From the IMG/VR virus record IMGVR_UViG_3300035034_002381, positions 64,001 to 128,000 of that record: a stretch of DNA of 64,000 nucleotides, one strand, 5' to 3'. The position numbers and the translations under genes were made by a program. This DNA comes from a virus (Duplodnaviria > Heunggongvirae > Uroviricota > Caudoviricetes). Each line of letters opens with the position of its first letter. Position 1 is the first letter of the stretch. A model generated the notes under the pieces. That model was not told the origin of the DNA. It was given only the letters and a program-made list of their open reading frames with translations, and did not search any database. This document shows, in pieces, positions 10,401 to 18,917 of the stretch.

Positions 10401-12743
10401 ATAGGAATTGGTGAAACCGCGACTGCTAAGATTAGAATCGATGGTACTATGTCTCAACCTACATACGAGGATGCAGGACAAGGTTATCTAGTAGCTATAA
10501 ATTCGGCAGGTATCGAGGTTCCACTTGTACCACTTGCAGGATCTGGTGGTGGAACAAATAAATTAAATATTGAATTTGCTGATCCCGAATTGAATATTGG
10601 AGTTCCTGCTGTAGGAATAGGAAATTTTGATGATACCACAGGAAGTTTTATTTCATGGGATTCATTTACTTCAGCAAGTGGATATACTATGCCACCTAAT
10701 GCGTTTGTTATTACAGATGATAATGGAAATAAGGTTATTAATTCTTCGTATATAACGCCACAAAATTTAACATTTGAAGTTGAAATTGTAGGACCGATAG
10801 AAGATTGTATCGTTACTAATCAAGGATCAGGCTATACAACTATACCAACAATTACTATCACACCAGGTGGTGGTTCAGGAGTTTTATTTGCGAAATTATC
10901 AAGTATTAGTGATGAAAGTGTAATTGTTCTGAATAGTCTTCCGATAGGTTTTAATACTACATGGGAAATACTTAGAGAAATTGGGCAGACTATTTTAGTA
11001 GAAGACGATTTGGTCTTTACAGAAAATAATCTTCAGGGAATCAAAATTGGTGATTGGTTATCGATTGAAGGTAAAGACGATATTGACAAGATAGAAAAAA
11101 TAGAAATAGTAGAATCAGTTTTTAATTCACAAGATCTTTTAGCCGGTATATCTTTAGCTGGTGATTATACTGGACAATTTATAACTGGAGAAAAGGGTAA
11201 GGTTTATAAATTTAGAAGTATTGAATTTGGTACTGGTTTAGGATCAGACGAATTTAGTGTTGATACATTAACTGATATTATCACAATTAACGCACCCACA
11301 TTTGATCCATTTGAAGAAATTGTTGCAGGATATCATATGATAACTTTGAATAATATAGATTCTTCTGATCCATTAAATCCTACAATTTTTTCACAAAGAT
11401 TTTTAGTTGAAAATATTATTGAAAATGGATCCGATACTGATTTAAAATTAATCGCGATTGATGGAGATTTGTCATTATTCAATAATGATGCATTATCTAC
11501 ACTTGAATATAAATACTGGGAATTTCCAACAAAGGTAGTATCATTTTCATATGATTCTGTTAATACTGATGTTGTATTGAATTTTAATGATTGGCCAGAA
11601 AATAAAAACTTTGATGATACAAGTACTTGGTTTTTTGATTATGGAACAGCATCAGGGTTATATAATGCAAAGGTAATTGATATAGGTAACGAAGGTACAA
11701 ATACAATTGTAACTGTTGATGATCCTAATTCGTATTTATGGGAAGTGAGCACATCATTTGGATTAAGATGGCGAGTATTTAATGAAAAAGAAGCAAATCT
11801 AAGATCATCATTTAAAAACTTTACATGGGATTCATTTGACAATATTACGTGGGATGATATGGCTTTTACTACTTGGGATATGTTAGAGTATAACCAATAC
11901 AATTATTGTGGGTTTAGAATTAATGTCGTTACTGTCTCAGGACAAATACAATGGAATGAAGAAAGTATTTTTGAGTTTACTGGAATTACCGGAGGTATGA
12001 CAACTACTCAAAAAATAAACCAAGCTGTATTAGAATTAAATGAGACAGATAATTGTGGATTAACAAGATTTGATTATATTGCTATGCCAGATGCAATAAC
12101 ACCAACATACATTCAGGCTGTTGCTACTACACCTGGTTCAGAAAATCTAGGATACATTAGATTTTTTAACGGTACTGAGGGTGAATATACTGCTGATCCT
12201 ACAATATCACATACATTCCCAATTAATAACGCTAATAACCCAGATTGGTTATCAGGTTCGTTTGGACCAGACAATAATCCTGCAAACTGGGATGTTGCGT
12301 ACAGAACATATCGAGAATATGGAGTCGATCCAAATGCTGACATTGGATGGTACCCTGCTGATTCTTTACCTAATCTTTATTCATCAACACAAGATTTATG
12401 GAAATCAGAAAGAATCCCTTATAAAAATGCAATTGACGGAGTTTTTACATGGTCTGATTTGATGTGTTCGCCGCGAAATTCTATGATACCATTATATGCT
12501 ACAGTATTTTTTAGCGCGAGTGGTTGCAATATAGCAGGTAAATCTGGATATTTATGGAGAATAATTGATCAAGATGGCAATATTTTAATTGAAACAATAT
12601 CCCCGAATTTAATATGGACTTTTAATAATGAAGGTAAATATGATATTGAATTAAGTATTACAGATACTAATGGAAATGTCAAAACTAGAAGACGTAAAGA
12701 GTTTATGGAAATTGTCGGCGTAACAGCCTTGGAATATGAGTAA
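7419..12743 (+). CDS. Large baseplate wedge protein, gp7-like, with GSGY beta-repeats and PKD-like domains
   Basis: YIGSYKGIFNALNWLGY wedge motif; repeated PG(S/F)GY..P.V.I.GG units; PKD-like GxYDIELxxxD motifs; Trp-Asp repeats. Confidence 0.65.
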   Translation: MIFLQNWKFFSKKGNQLNLSRKQKISISIADSSGNGVEIQPITSPSGDLVFLEIINGGLGYSTPEITLLDELTQESHVIPAGDIIIDGDGIITAINLGTPNTNWSYPAFSLEGSIFIDEKIPTNLIETEHIFILEEVQDLIVSTQRNYVFPRYCNDLVAPCTSNQPKIEFSWTTKETDEADKDAFFIFDVDTTSELTPYIEKIDTLAADLLDGSVNDYNLTSTRLIRILGEENPRVIKSNIGFSYEEEGVFERTLEIYDASQETKYLIAEIKIHAETESEDPRFKTILDNLGQKINADEEFIFRDSDVSESLPNVKLLNEKRKEFILEHANIISYIGSYKGIFNALNWLGYNDLKLQEYWVNVNDQTINYLKYKPVDIPFDLARKGEDIVSSQLLPSNKYKKTNLFSLSYDINRESGEIDEFGIPITEDAFEFTDEEVLIKLFALKKYLKDKFLPLNARIIDINGQGVYFERYAISSWTDGTQILDISLTREADFTCLPKESTIIDLRSLEEYDYFQPAQITPVLTPTGQIGSLSLVDPGFGYVGTVTVKITGGAPSVPATASVVLNSLGGVDSVSIINPGSGYIYRPEIKIIPEATNPDKDSTIIQEIKSRLLGFFDGINDLSVLPDKANTPVGAPVFLDVTTFNDVIWDDITQPWNSFYYNYRQAEINLFVDGSGTISGFEIIDEGEGYVSAPTVTLQGGSPTVPGAITLTITAGSVTNVTINTPGSGYVAEPIVSLSGGVPVSALNTWDSIGFGDFYEIEWIIRGQNPLVYEYRRRGRVDDLAKHMVILPNTGVYDIELILYDTDNNWTNEIKKGCVTVKQPEITFVNFSRFLQGWQTWNDLDKITWDEATFEWLTPVRHKTTWDDLDLTWNELEMAYYTQNEFNKFTPLLTQDILRVSEYDRYLGQITEVDISINEITVVNAPVRPPNTPGDYIYLRQDETIIRKQIVSIDHKHFIDSVEVDTPGSYTININFGTGVINNARPIAVIDPPIGIGETATAKIRIDGTMSQPTYEDAGQGYLVAINSAGIEVPLVPLAGSGGGTNKLNIEFADPELNIGVPAVGIGNFDDTTGSFISWDSFTSASGYTMPPNAFVITDDNGNKVINSSYITPQNLTFEVEIVGPIEDCIVTNQGSGYTTIPTITITPGGGSGVLFAKLSSISDESVIVLNSLPIGFNTTWEILREIGQTILVEDDLVFTENNLQGIKIGDWLSIEGKDDIDKIEKIEIVESVFNSQDLLAGISLAGDYTGQFITGEKGKVYKFRSIEFGTGLGSDEFSVDTLTDIITINAPTFDPFEEIVAGYHMITLNNIDSSDPLNPTIFSQRFLVENIIENGSDTDLKLIAIDGDLSLFNNDALSTLEYKYWEFPTKVVSFSYDSVNTDVVLNFNDWPENKNFDDTSTWFFDYGTASGLYNAKVIDIGNEGTNTIVTVDDPNSYLWEVSTSFGLRWRVFNEKEANLRSSFKNFTWDSFDNITWDDMAFTTWDMLEYNQYNYCGFRINVVTVSGQIQWNEESIFEFTGITGGMTTTQKINQAVLELNETDNCGLTRFDYIAMPDAITPTYIQAVATTPGSENLGYIRFFNGTEGEYTADPTISHTFPINNANNPDWLSGSFGPDNNPANWDVAYRTYREYGVDPNADIGWYPADSLPNLYSSTQDLWKSERIPYKNAIDGVFTWSDLMCSPRNSMIPLYATVFFSASGCNIAGKSGYLWRIIDQDGNILIETISPNLIWTFNNEGKYDIELSITDTNGNVKTRRRKEFMEIVGVTALEYE

Positions 12744-13950
12744 TGAAAATTTTCCTAGAATCGAGGACGCGAATTCCGGTAATTCAATTCTAAAAATATC
12801 GGCTAATTCAGAAATAAATACCACAGTATTACTTAACAGAAATACGGTATTAAATTCTATCGAGGAATTAATCAACAATAAAATTCTTTTTAGATTAAAT
12901 GGTTCATTTTTAGATGATTCCGAATACGGTAATCTTATTACGATTTCTAATTTACTTAGAGTCTATTCCGAAACACAAGATGAATCTTGGGTGGACATTA
13001 CTATCACTGATGTATATTATGATATAGCATATCCTGGAGAGACTATCATTGAGGGAATAATTATAGATGGTTTATTTTCTTCGATCAGTGTGGGTGACGA
13101 AGTTCAATGGGGATTCTGGAAACAAAAGACTCCAGATAAAGATCAATTATTATCTACTCGGGTAACTAATATTACTGACACAAGTGCACAAATATCAATT
13201 ATCAATCTTTTAAAAAGTGATAACAATCTTTTTTATCAAGTAAAACATAGACTTCAAGAAGATACTTCGTGGGAATATTCAATTTTAGGTAATTGGATAT
13301 TCGAGTTCAAAGTTATCATAGAGGCTACAAATTTACCCAAGCCTAATAGGACATTTTCAGGTAAAAATGTTTTATGGGCACAAACACCAGAACCTGATAT
13401 TGAAGATGGTGTTCGAGCGAGTGCATGGGTAGAAATCATCAATGGTAATTTTGGTGAAATCTTTTTTCTGCAGGATGGTGGTGGATATCGTCAAGAACCC
13501 AAAATTGAATTTTATTACACAGACCCAGAACCACTAAAAATTATTAATCCACATTATCGTAAACCTTTTTGGTCAACTAACGAGATTATCATAGAAGAGG
13601 ATTCACATGGTTTTATTGACGGAGATGAAATACAATTTGATGGTGATATCATCAAAGGATTGTTCGAAATTTTTGATTCGACTGTCAATACATTCAAAAT
13701 TACAAGTCCTTCTTTTATTATGTTAGAAGATGATAATTTACTGAAACAGGAAGAAGGTCAAATCAATCTTAAAAATCTTGTGAGTGTTTCTAAGCCAGGT
13801 GAGTTAAAACCAGTTATTTCTAAAGATAAATATAATATAAAACTATTAAGTACAAATAGAGTTTATGAATATGCTGTCATACCATATTTCTCTAATGACT
13901 TAAAAAGTTTTGGTGAATATACTAAATCAGAGGAATTTACTACAAGATGA
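12736..13950 (+). CDS. Putative virion structural protein
   Basis: Overlaps the upstream wedge gene and carries one GGGYxxxP repeat of the same type. Confidence 0.5.
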   Translation: MSNENFPRIEDANSGNSILKISANSEINTTVLLNRNTVLNSIEELINNKILFRLNGSFLDDSEYGNLITISNLLRVYSETQDESWVDITITDVYYDIAYPGETIIEGIIIDGLFSSISVGDEVQWGFWKQKTPDKDQLLSTRVTNITDTSAQISIINLLKSDNNLFYQVKHRLQEDTSWEYSILGNWIFEFKVIIEATNLPKPNRTFSGKNVLWAQTPEPDIEDGVRASAWVEIINGNFGEIFFLQDGGGYRQEPKIEFYYTDPEPLKIINPHYRKPFWSTNEIIIEEDSHGFIDGDEIQFDGDIIKGLFEIFDSTVNTFKITSPSFIMLEDDNLLKQEEGQINLKNLVSVSKPGELKPVISKDKYNIKLLSTNRVYEYAVIPYFSNDLKSFGEYTKSEEFTTR

Positions 13951-13960
13951 TTATGATAAA

Positions 13961-14728
13961 ATGGGAAAGTCACTTAAAAAAATCCTTCAGTATAGAGAGG
14001 AGGAAGAAGAATTATTAACAATAAATAATTGGAGCAAATTGGAAGAATATAAAGCAAAAAAGGAAATATTTTCAAAAATATCAATACAACTAAAATGTGA
14101 AACGCCAGGTCAAAAAAAGTTAGTAAATGCATTTAAACATAAAGAGGTAACATTTGCTTCTGGACAGGCAGGGACTGGAAAAACATATTTAGCTTGTGCA
14201 ACTGCACTAAAATTACTTAAAGGTGATGCAAAATATGAAAAAATAATCATTGCAAAATCTGTTACTCCGATTCCAGGTGAAGAACTTGGATATCTAAAGG
14301 GTACAGTCGAAGAAAAAATGGATCCGTATATGTGGTCTTTTTGGACAAATTTTGAAAAAATCATTGGTAAAATAGAATGTCATAAACTCAGAAATGCAGG
14401 ATTAATTGAAGTCTGGCCTCTGGCATTTATTCGTGGTTCAAATATTGATAATTCAATTACTATAGTAGATGAAGCACAAAACATTTCTAAAAGTAGTATG
14501 AAAACTATTTTGACAAGAATAGGAAAGGATTCGAAAATGATTTTTCTGGGAGATTCTGATCAAGTAGATTTGAAAAAGAAAAGTGATTCATGCCTAGCAT
14601 TTTATATGAAGGAATTTAAAGATTTTGAAGAATTTGGAATGGTTGAATTGACTGATAAGGATCAAGTAAGAAATCCATTAATTGGAAGATATCTTGCAAA
14701 ATTAGAAGAAATAGAAAATAAAAGATAA
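13961..14728 (+). CDS. phoH: PhoH-family ATPase
   Basis: GQAGTGKT Walker A, GEELGYLKG, VDEAQN and LGDSDQVDL motifs. ATG at 13961 is the likely start. Confidence 0.92.
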   Translation: MGKSLKKILQYREEEEELLTINNWSKLEEYKAKKEIFSKISIQLKCETPGQKKLVNAFKHKEVTFASGQAGTGKTYLACATALKLLKGDAKYEKIIIAKSVTPIPGEELGYLKGTVEEKMDPYMWSFWTNFEKIIGKIECHKLRNAGLIEVWPLAFIRGSNIDNSITIVDEAQNISKSSMKTILTRIGKDSKMIFLGDSDQVDLKKKSDSCLAFYMKEFKDFEEFGMVELTDKDQVRNPLIGRYLAKLEEIENKR

Positions 14729-14730
14729 AT

Positions 14731-15108
14731 ATGAAAAATTTAAAATCATTCAAAGAAAAAGAACGCCAAGAAAAAGTCGCATTTATATGGAAATCAAAGA
14801 ATTTACATTTTACACATCAAGGTAAATCACCAGCGTTAAAGAGTCTCAAAGCTTTTGCAGCAGAATTTAATGAGTATATCAAAATTTCCCATCCTAATCT
14901 TAATAGCCCTCGACTTCTACATGCTATGAATTTCAAACCAGCAGGATCAATAACTTTGAATATTGGTAAAGGTATTCAAAAAAATGTTATTGCTCTGAAA
15001 TATGGTACGCGGAATAATCCAGTTGAACCTAATAGTCCTGATAGTGTAATAGAAAGATTAATCGATTTTTATCCGTTGTTTCTTGATAAAAAGTTATTGT
15101 TGAATTAA
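14731..15108 (+). CDS. Hypothetical protein with partial leader (MKNLKSFKE)
   Basis: Leader-like N-terminus; packed ORF. Confidence 0.5.
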   Translation: MKNLKSFKEKERQEKVAFIWKSKNLHFTHQGKSPALKSLKAFAAEFNEYIKISHPNLNSPRLLHAMNFKPAGSITLNIGKGIQKNVIALKYGTRNNPVEPNSPDSVIERLIDFYPLFLDKKLLLN

Positions 15109-15111
15109 AAT

Positions 15112-15948
15112 ATGAAAATTAAGAAGTTTTCTGAGTTTTTATTTGAAAAAGAAAATGTCAAGGAATTGAGATTATGCTTTGTTGGAGATATTATGCAACA
15201 TGATAAAGTCGTGACTGACGATTCATTCGAAAACGTGAGGTCACTTCTAAAATCTGCTGATATCTGTGTGGGAAATTTAGAAACTATAATTACTGGTGAA
15301 AACAATAATGAAATAATTGATGGGCAAATTAAATTTAGTGCTGATGAAAGTCTTATCAAAGTTTTAAAAAATGTTGGCTTCACACATTTATCTCTCATTA
15401 ACAATCATTCACTTGACTATGGAATCGCAGGATTTCAAAAATCACAGACTGCGGTTGCTAAAGAAATAAAAATACTTAGTAAAGAAACAGAAATTTCCAA
15501 GAATGATCATAAGATCAATCTAGTTAACTTTACTACACATGTTAATAATAATATTAATAATGAATTTTCGGATCATCTAATGACACCTGACGGTTATTCT
15601 AGTAAAGCTAAGAGCATTAATATAGGATATATCCATTGGGGAGGGCAATATAACCCTAAACCCGATTCTGAACAAAAATCTCTAGCATCTAATCTAATTA
15701 ATAATGGATATCCTATTGTTATTGGTTCAGGCCCACACGTTAATCATAAAGTTGTTCGAGATGGTGAATCGATTATTGCGTATTCTTTAGGAGATTTTAT
15801 AAGTAAACACAATGATGATAGAGCTAAAGATCAAGGAAAGATTTTGATTATAGATTTTAAAAATGATATCATTGATAATGTTATGGTTTATACGACACAG
15901 ACCGATAAGAATAACGTTATCCAAATTAAAAAAAGAGAAATAATTTAG
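15112..15948 (+). CDS. CapA/PGA_cap-family metallophosphoesterase-like protein with leader (MKIKKFSEFLFE)
   Basis: CapA motifs FVGDIMQH, GNLET, NNHSLDYG, IHWG, GPHV and YSLGDF. Confidence 0.8.
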   Translation: MKIKKFSEFLFEKENVKELRLCFVGDIMQHDKVVTDDSFENVRSLLKSADICVGNLETIITGENNNEIIDGQIKFSADESLIKVLKNVGFTHLSLINNHSLDYGIAGFQKSQTAVAKEIKILSKETEISKNDHKINLVNFTTHVNNNINNEFSDHLMTPDGYSSKAKSINIGYIHWGGQYNPKPDSEQKSLASNLINNGYPIVIGSGPHVNHKVVRDGESIIAYSLGDFISKHNDDRAKDQGKILIIDFKNDIIDNVMVYTTQTDKNNVIQIKKREII

Positions 15949-15961
15949 AGTATTAGAAAGA

Positions 15962-15969
15962 GATATATA
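15962..15969 (+). promoter_or_regulatory. GATATATA candidate late promoter
   Basis: Intergenic, 19 nt before ATG 15989. Confidence 0.55.
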
Positions 15970-15988
15970 ACATAAATTAAAACCCAGT

Positions 15989-17242
15989 ATGAAAAGAAAC
16001 ATATTATCATTTAGCGAATTTTTGCTCGAGTCTGTCGCAATACCCCAAGATGTTACAAAGTCAATAGCAGAATTTCATAAATTACAATCAGAAATAACTC
16101 GAGTTACTGCAGAACTTGAATTTCTAAAAGATGAATTTAAAGAGTTCGACGAGATGGTCGATCCTGTACTCACAGGATTAAAGGAGACTAACAAAAAAAT
16201 TGCGATTACTGAGGGTTATGCAATTAAAATTTCTCGTTTTGGTTATGAACGCACAAATAAATCTTATGCTAAAGCTTTTAAAATGGCTTTATCGAAAGTT
16301 AATAAGTCAACTCAAAAAATTCTAAGTGAGGCATTGGAAGCTTCTGCAACTACGTCAAAGATAAAATCCTCATATTCGATTGATAAATTATCAGAAGGTG
16401 AAATTAACGAGGCAGGAATTTGGGCTAAGATTGGAAAGGCGATTAAAGGTGTAGTCGGAAAATTTCTAAATATTTTTAAAAGAGAAATCAAAACTATTGA
16501 TCAATCAAATAATGAACTTGAAAAACTTGCAAGTCAATTAAGCGAATCTATTGATGAAAAAAAATCCGAAATTGAATCTATCAATGAAGCCATGAAAGAT
16601 ATTTCTAGACTAGAAAGTATTAAAAAGAAATCTGGTGGAAATCCTAATAAAGCTGCTATGTATGCTCGAAATATGGCCAAGTCTATTAAAGATAAACATA
16701 AAGCTTATGCCCGAGGAAAGGCGGCAATCGAAGTTTTTGGTGACGAGGGCGGAGAATTGGCAAGAATCTTTTTTGATAAAGCTAAAACTTTAGGTTATGA
16801 TATTGCTAAATCAGAATATCAAGATTTGAAGGTTATTGAAAAACCGATGCCAAGAACTTTGAAAAAAGGAAAGGATTTAACAGAAGCTAAAAAGCACGAT
16901 GGTAGAGAAGGATCTTCATGGGGTCATGGTCGTGATGGTGATCCAATTTTACCTATAGGTTCTGTTAATTTTATCAGTGGAAAAAATAAATATTTTAATG
17001 TTTATGAAACCTGGCCAGACAGTGTTTTGGAAATTTGGAAGACTAGAGATGGTAAATATCGAGCAGTCTGTACAGCGGGTAAAGGACCTATTTATAAAAT
17101 AGGCACAAGTAATTCGTTTATTCATGATCAAAACAGTAGATATTTATTTGGTGGTGAAATGGTTGATTGGGTAGAAGTTGAAGGTATGATGAATCTTGTA
17201 GATCTTTATGGTAAATCAATGCCCACATACACATATAAATAA
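15989..17242 (+). CDS. Leader-bearing polyprotein-like internal protein (MKRNILSFSEFLLES)
   Basis: Leader plus internal LSEGEINEA, LSESIDE, INEA and LTEA linkers. Confidence 0.6.
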   Translation: MKRNILSFSEFLLESVAIPQDVTKSIAEFHKLQSEITRVTAELEFLKDEFKEFDEMVDPVLTGLKETNKKIAITEGYAIKISRFGYERTNKSYAKAFKMALSKVNKSTQKILSEALEASATTSKIKSSYSIDKLSEGEINEAGIWAKIGKAIKGVVGKFLNIFKREIKTIDQSNNELEKLASQLSESIDEKKSEIESINEAMKDISRLESIKKKSGGNPNKAAMYARNMAKSIKDKHKAYARGKAAIEVFGDEGGELARIFFDKAKTLGYDIAKSEYQDLKVIEKPMPRTLKKGKDLTEAKKHDGREGSSWGHGRDGDPILPIGSVNFISGKNKYFNVYETWPDSVLEIWKTRDGKYRAVCTAGKGPIYKIGTSNSFIHDQNSRYLFGGEMVDWVEVEGMMNLVDLYGKSMPTYTYK

Positions 17243-17253
17243 AAACTAAAACT

Positions 17254-18852
17254 ATACTAAATTTCAAAGAACATTTAAACGAATCTAAAAGCGATTTCGT
17301 GGTTTATCATAATCAGTATTCAACAGCAATTAATGAGGGTGAAAAATATGCGAAAGCTAGAGGTTATGAATTAGATCAACAGGAATATTCAAATGCGTAT
17401 TTAGACGCATTCTTTAAACCTGAAGAAGGTAAGACTAAAAAGGATAGTTTTAAGCTTTTTAAAAATGATAAAGAACAAAGAAAACAACTACATGTTCAAA
17501 TATACAATCGCGGTATGAAAAAGTTTGAACTAAATATGTACATAAACAATAAAAAACTAATGAAAAGAAATCTTAAATTATTTGAAGAATTTATAAATGA
17601 ATCTTTTTGGTCTTTATCTAAATTAGGTGATAAATTCGATCAATTATTATCAAAAGAACTTAAAAAAATTAAAGGCTGCATATTTTATGTGAAAGGAAGA
17701 GATTTATATTGTAATGATGAATTACTTTTTAAAATAAATGGTGATAAAGATTCTGTAGAAAGTATTGTCAAAAAAGTTAGATTAAAGTTGAACGAATCTT
17801 TAATTAATGAAAAAGAATCTTATGAAAGAGGTTGTGCCATGCTATACTTTGAAAGTAATTGCACCAAAGAGGTTCGTGAGATGATTAAAGAAGAGGATTT
17901 ATATGTTGAGGAAGGCGATGTTTCTTTTGGTAAAGAAACAGAACCTCATTGTACTTTACTTTATGGGTTTGATAAAAAGGTAGAAGCAAATGAAGCATTG
18001 AAAATTTGTGAGAATTTTACATTTGAAGCATGTGAAGCACATAACATTTCTTTATTTGAATCTAAAAAATATGATGTTTTGAAATATGATATCAAAGGTA
18101 AAAATATTAAGGAATGTAATGAAGCCCTTTCTGATTTACCCTTTGAATCTGATTTTCCTGATTTTCACCCTCATATGACTGTTGCATATCTTCAACCAGG
18201 TAAAGGAAAGGAATATACTAAAATGATTAAAGAGTCTCATGCAAGATTGCAAGTGAATCCAGAAAAAATTGTTTATTCTCATCCTAATGGTAAGAAAGAA
18301 GAAATCCAAGTTTTAACGGAAGTTAAAGAAAATGAAAAAGATAATCCTTGCTGGGATGGTTATGAAATGATCGGTATGAAAACTAAAAATGGTAAAAAAG
18401 TTCCTAATTGCGTACCTATAGATGAATCAATTACCGAAAGTCGTGGGCCTAATAGTTTTGAACACTATTTTAAAAACGCCAAGAAAAAACTATCTAGATC
18501 CGGTTTCAAGATAAAAGAAGTTAAAGATACTTATATTAAAGATCATACTGCTATTGTTATTATTTATACTGAGTCTGGTCCAGGTGGTGGAGATAATGAA
18601 TGGATACAAATATTTTATAATACTGAGGAAGAAAGAAAGAAGATTTATAAAGAGTTTGATATCGATGAATCTGTAAGCGAAGGGAAAAAGGATGATAAAA
18701 AAGGCTGGTATAAGGATAAGAAAAAATGGAATCAGGCAAGAAAAAAACTAACTAATGTAGCCGATGACAATGAAATCTGGAGCAAAAATGCGGATGCAGA
18801 TATTATTGCCTTTTGGTATGACGAAAAAGACGAAGGTTGGGTACAAAAATAA
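17254..18852 (+). CDS. Leader-bearing polyprotein containing an Acb1/gp57B-like 2H phosphoesterase
   Basis: In-frame ATA at 17254 gives (M)LNFKEHLNES. A second leader MKRNLKLFEEFINES starts at 17560. HCTLLYG and HMTVAY are the two HxT motifs. A CWDGY...VPNCVP module follows. Confidence 0.65.
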   Translation: MLNFKEHLNESKSDFVVYHNQYSTAINEGEKYAKARGYELDQQEYSNAYLDAFFKPEEGKTKKDSFKLFKNDKEQRKQLHVQIYNRGMKKFELNMYINNKKLMKRNLKLFEEFINESFWSLSKLGDKFDQLLSKELKKIKGCIFYVKGRDLYCNDELLFKINGDKDSVESIVKKVRLKLNESLINEKESYERGCAMLYFESNCTKEVREMIKEEDLYVEEGDVSFGKETEPHCTLLYGFDKKVEANEALKICENFTFEACEAHNISLFESKKYDVLKYDIKGKNIKECNEALSDLPFESDFPDFHPHMTVAYLQPGKGKEYTKMIKESHARLQVNPEKIVYSHPNGKKEEIQVLTEVKENEKDNPCWDGYEMIGMKTKNGKKVPNCVPIDESITESRGPNSFEHYFKNAKKKLSRSGFKIKEVKDTYIKDHTAIVIIYTESGPGGGDNEWIQIFYNTEEERKKIYKEFDIDESVSEGKKDDKKGWYKDKKKWNQARKKLTNVADDNEIWSKNADADIIAFWYDEKDEGWVQK

Positions 18853-18859
18853 AAAGAAT

Positions 18860-18892
18860 ATGAAAACATTTAAAGAATTCTTAAACGTTTGA
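18860..18892 (+). pseudogene. Leader-only mini-ORF MKTFKEFLNV*
   Basis: ATGAAAACATTTAAAGAATTCTTAAACGTTTGA; the first 20 nt are identical to the start of ORF 3468. Confidence 0.6.
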
Positions 18893-18917
18893 GTAAAGCT
18901 GGGGCTATCAAAATATC

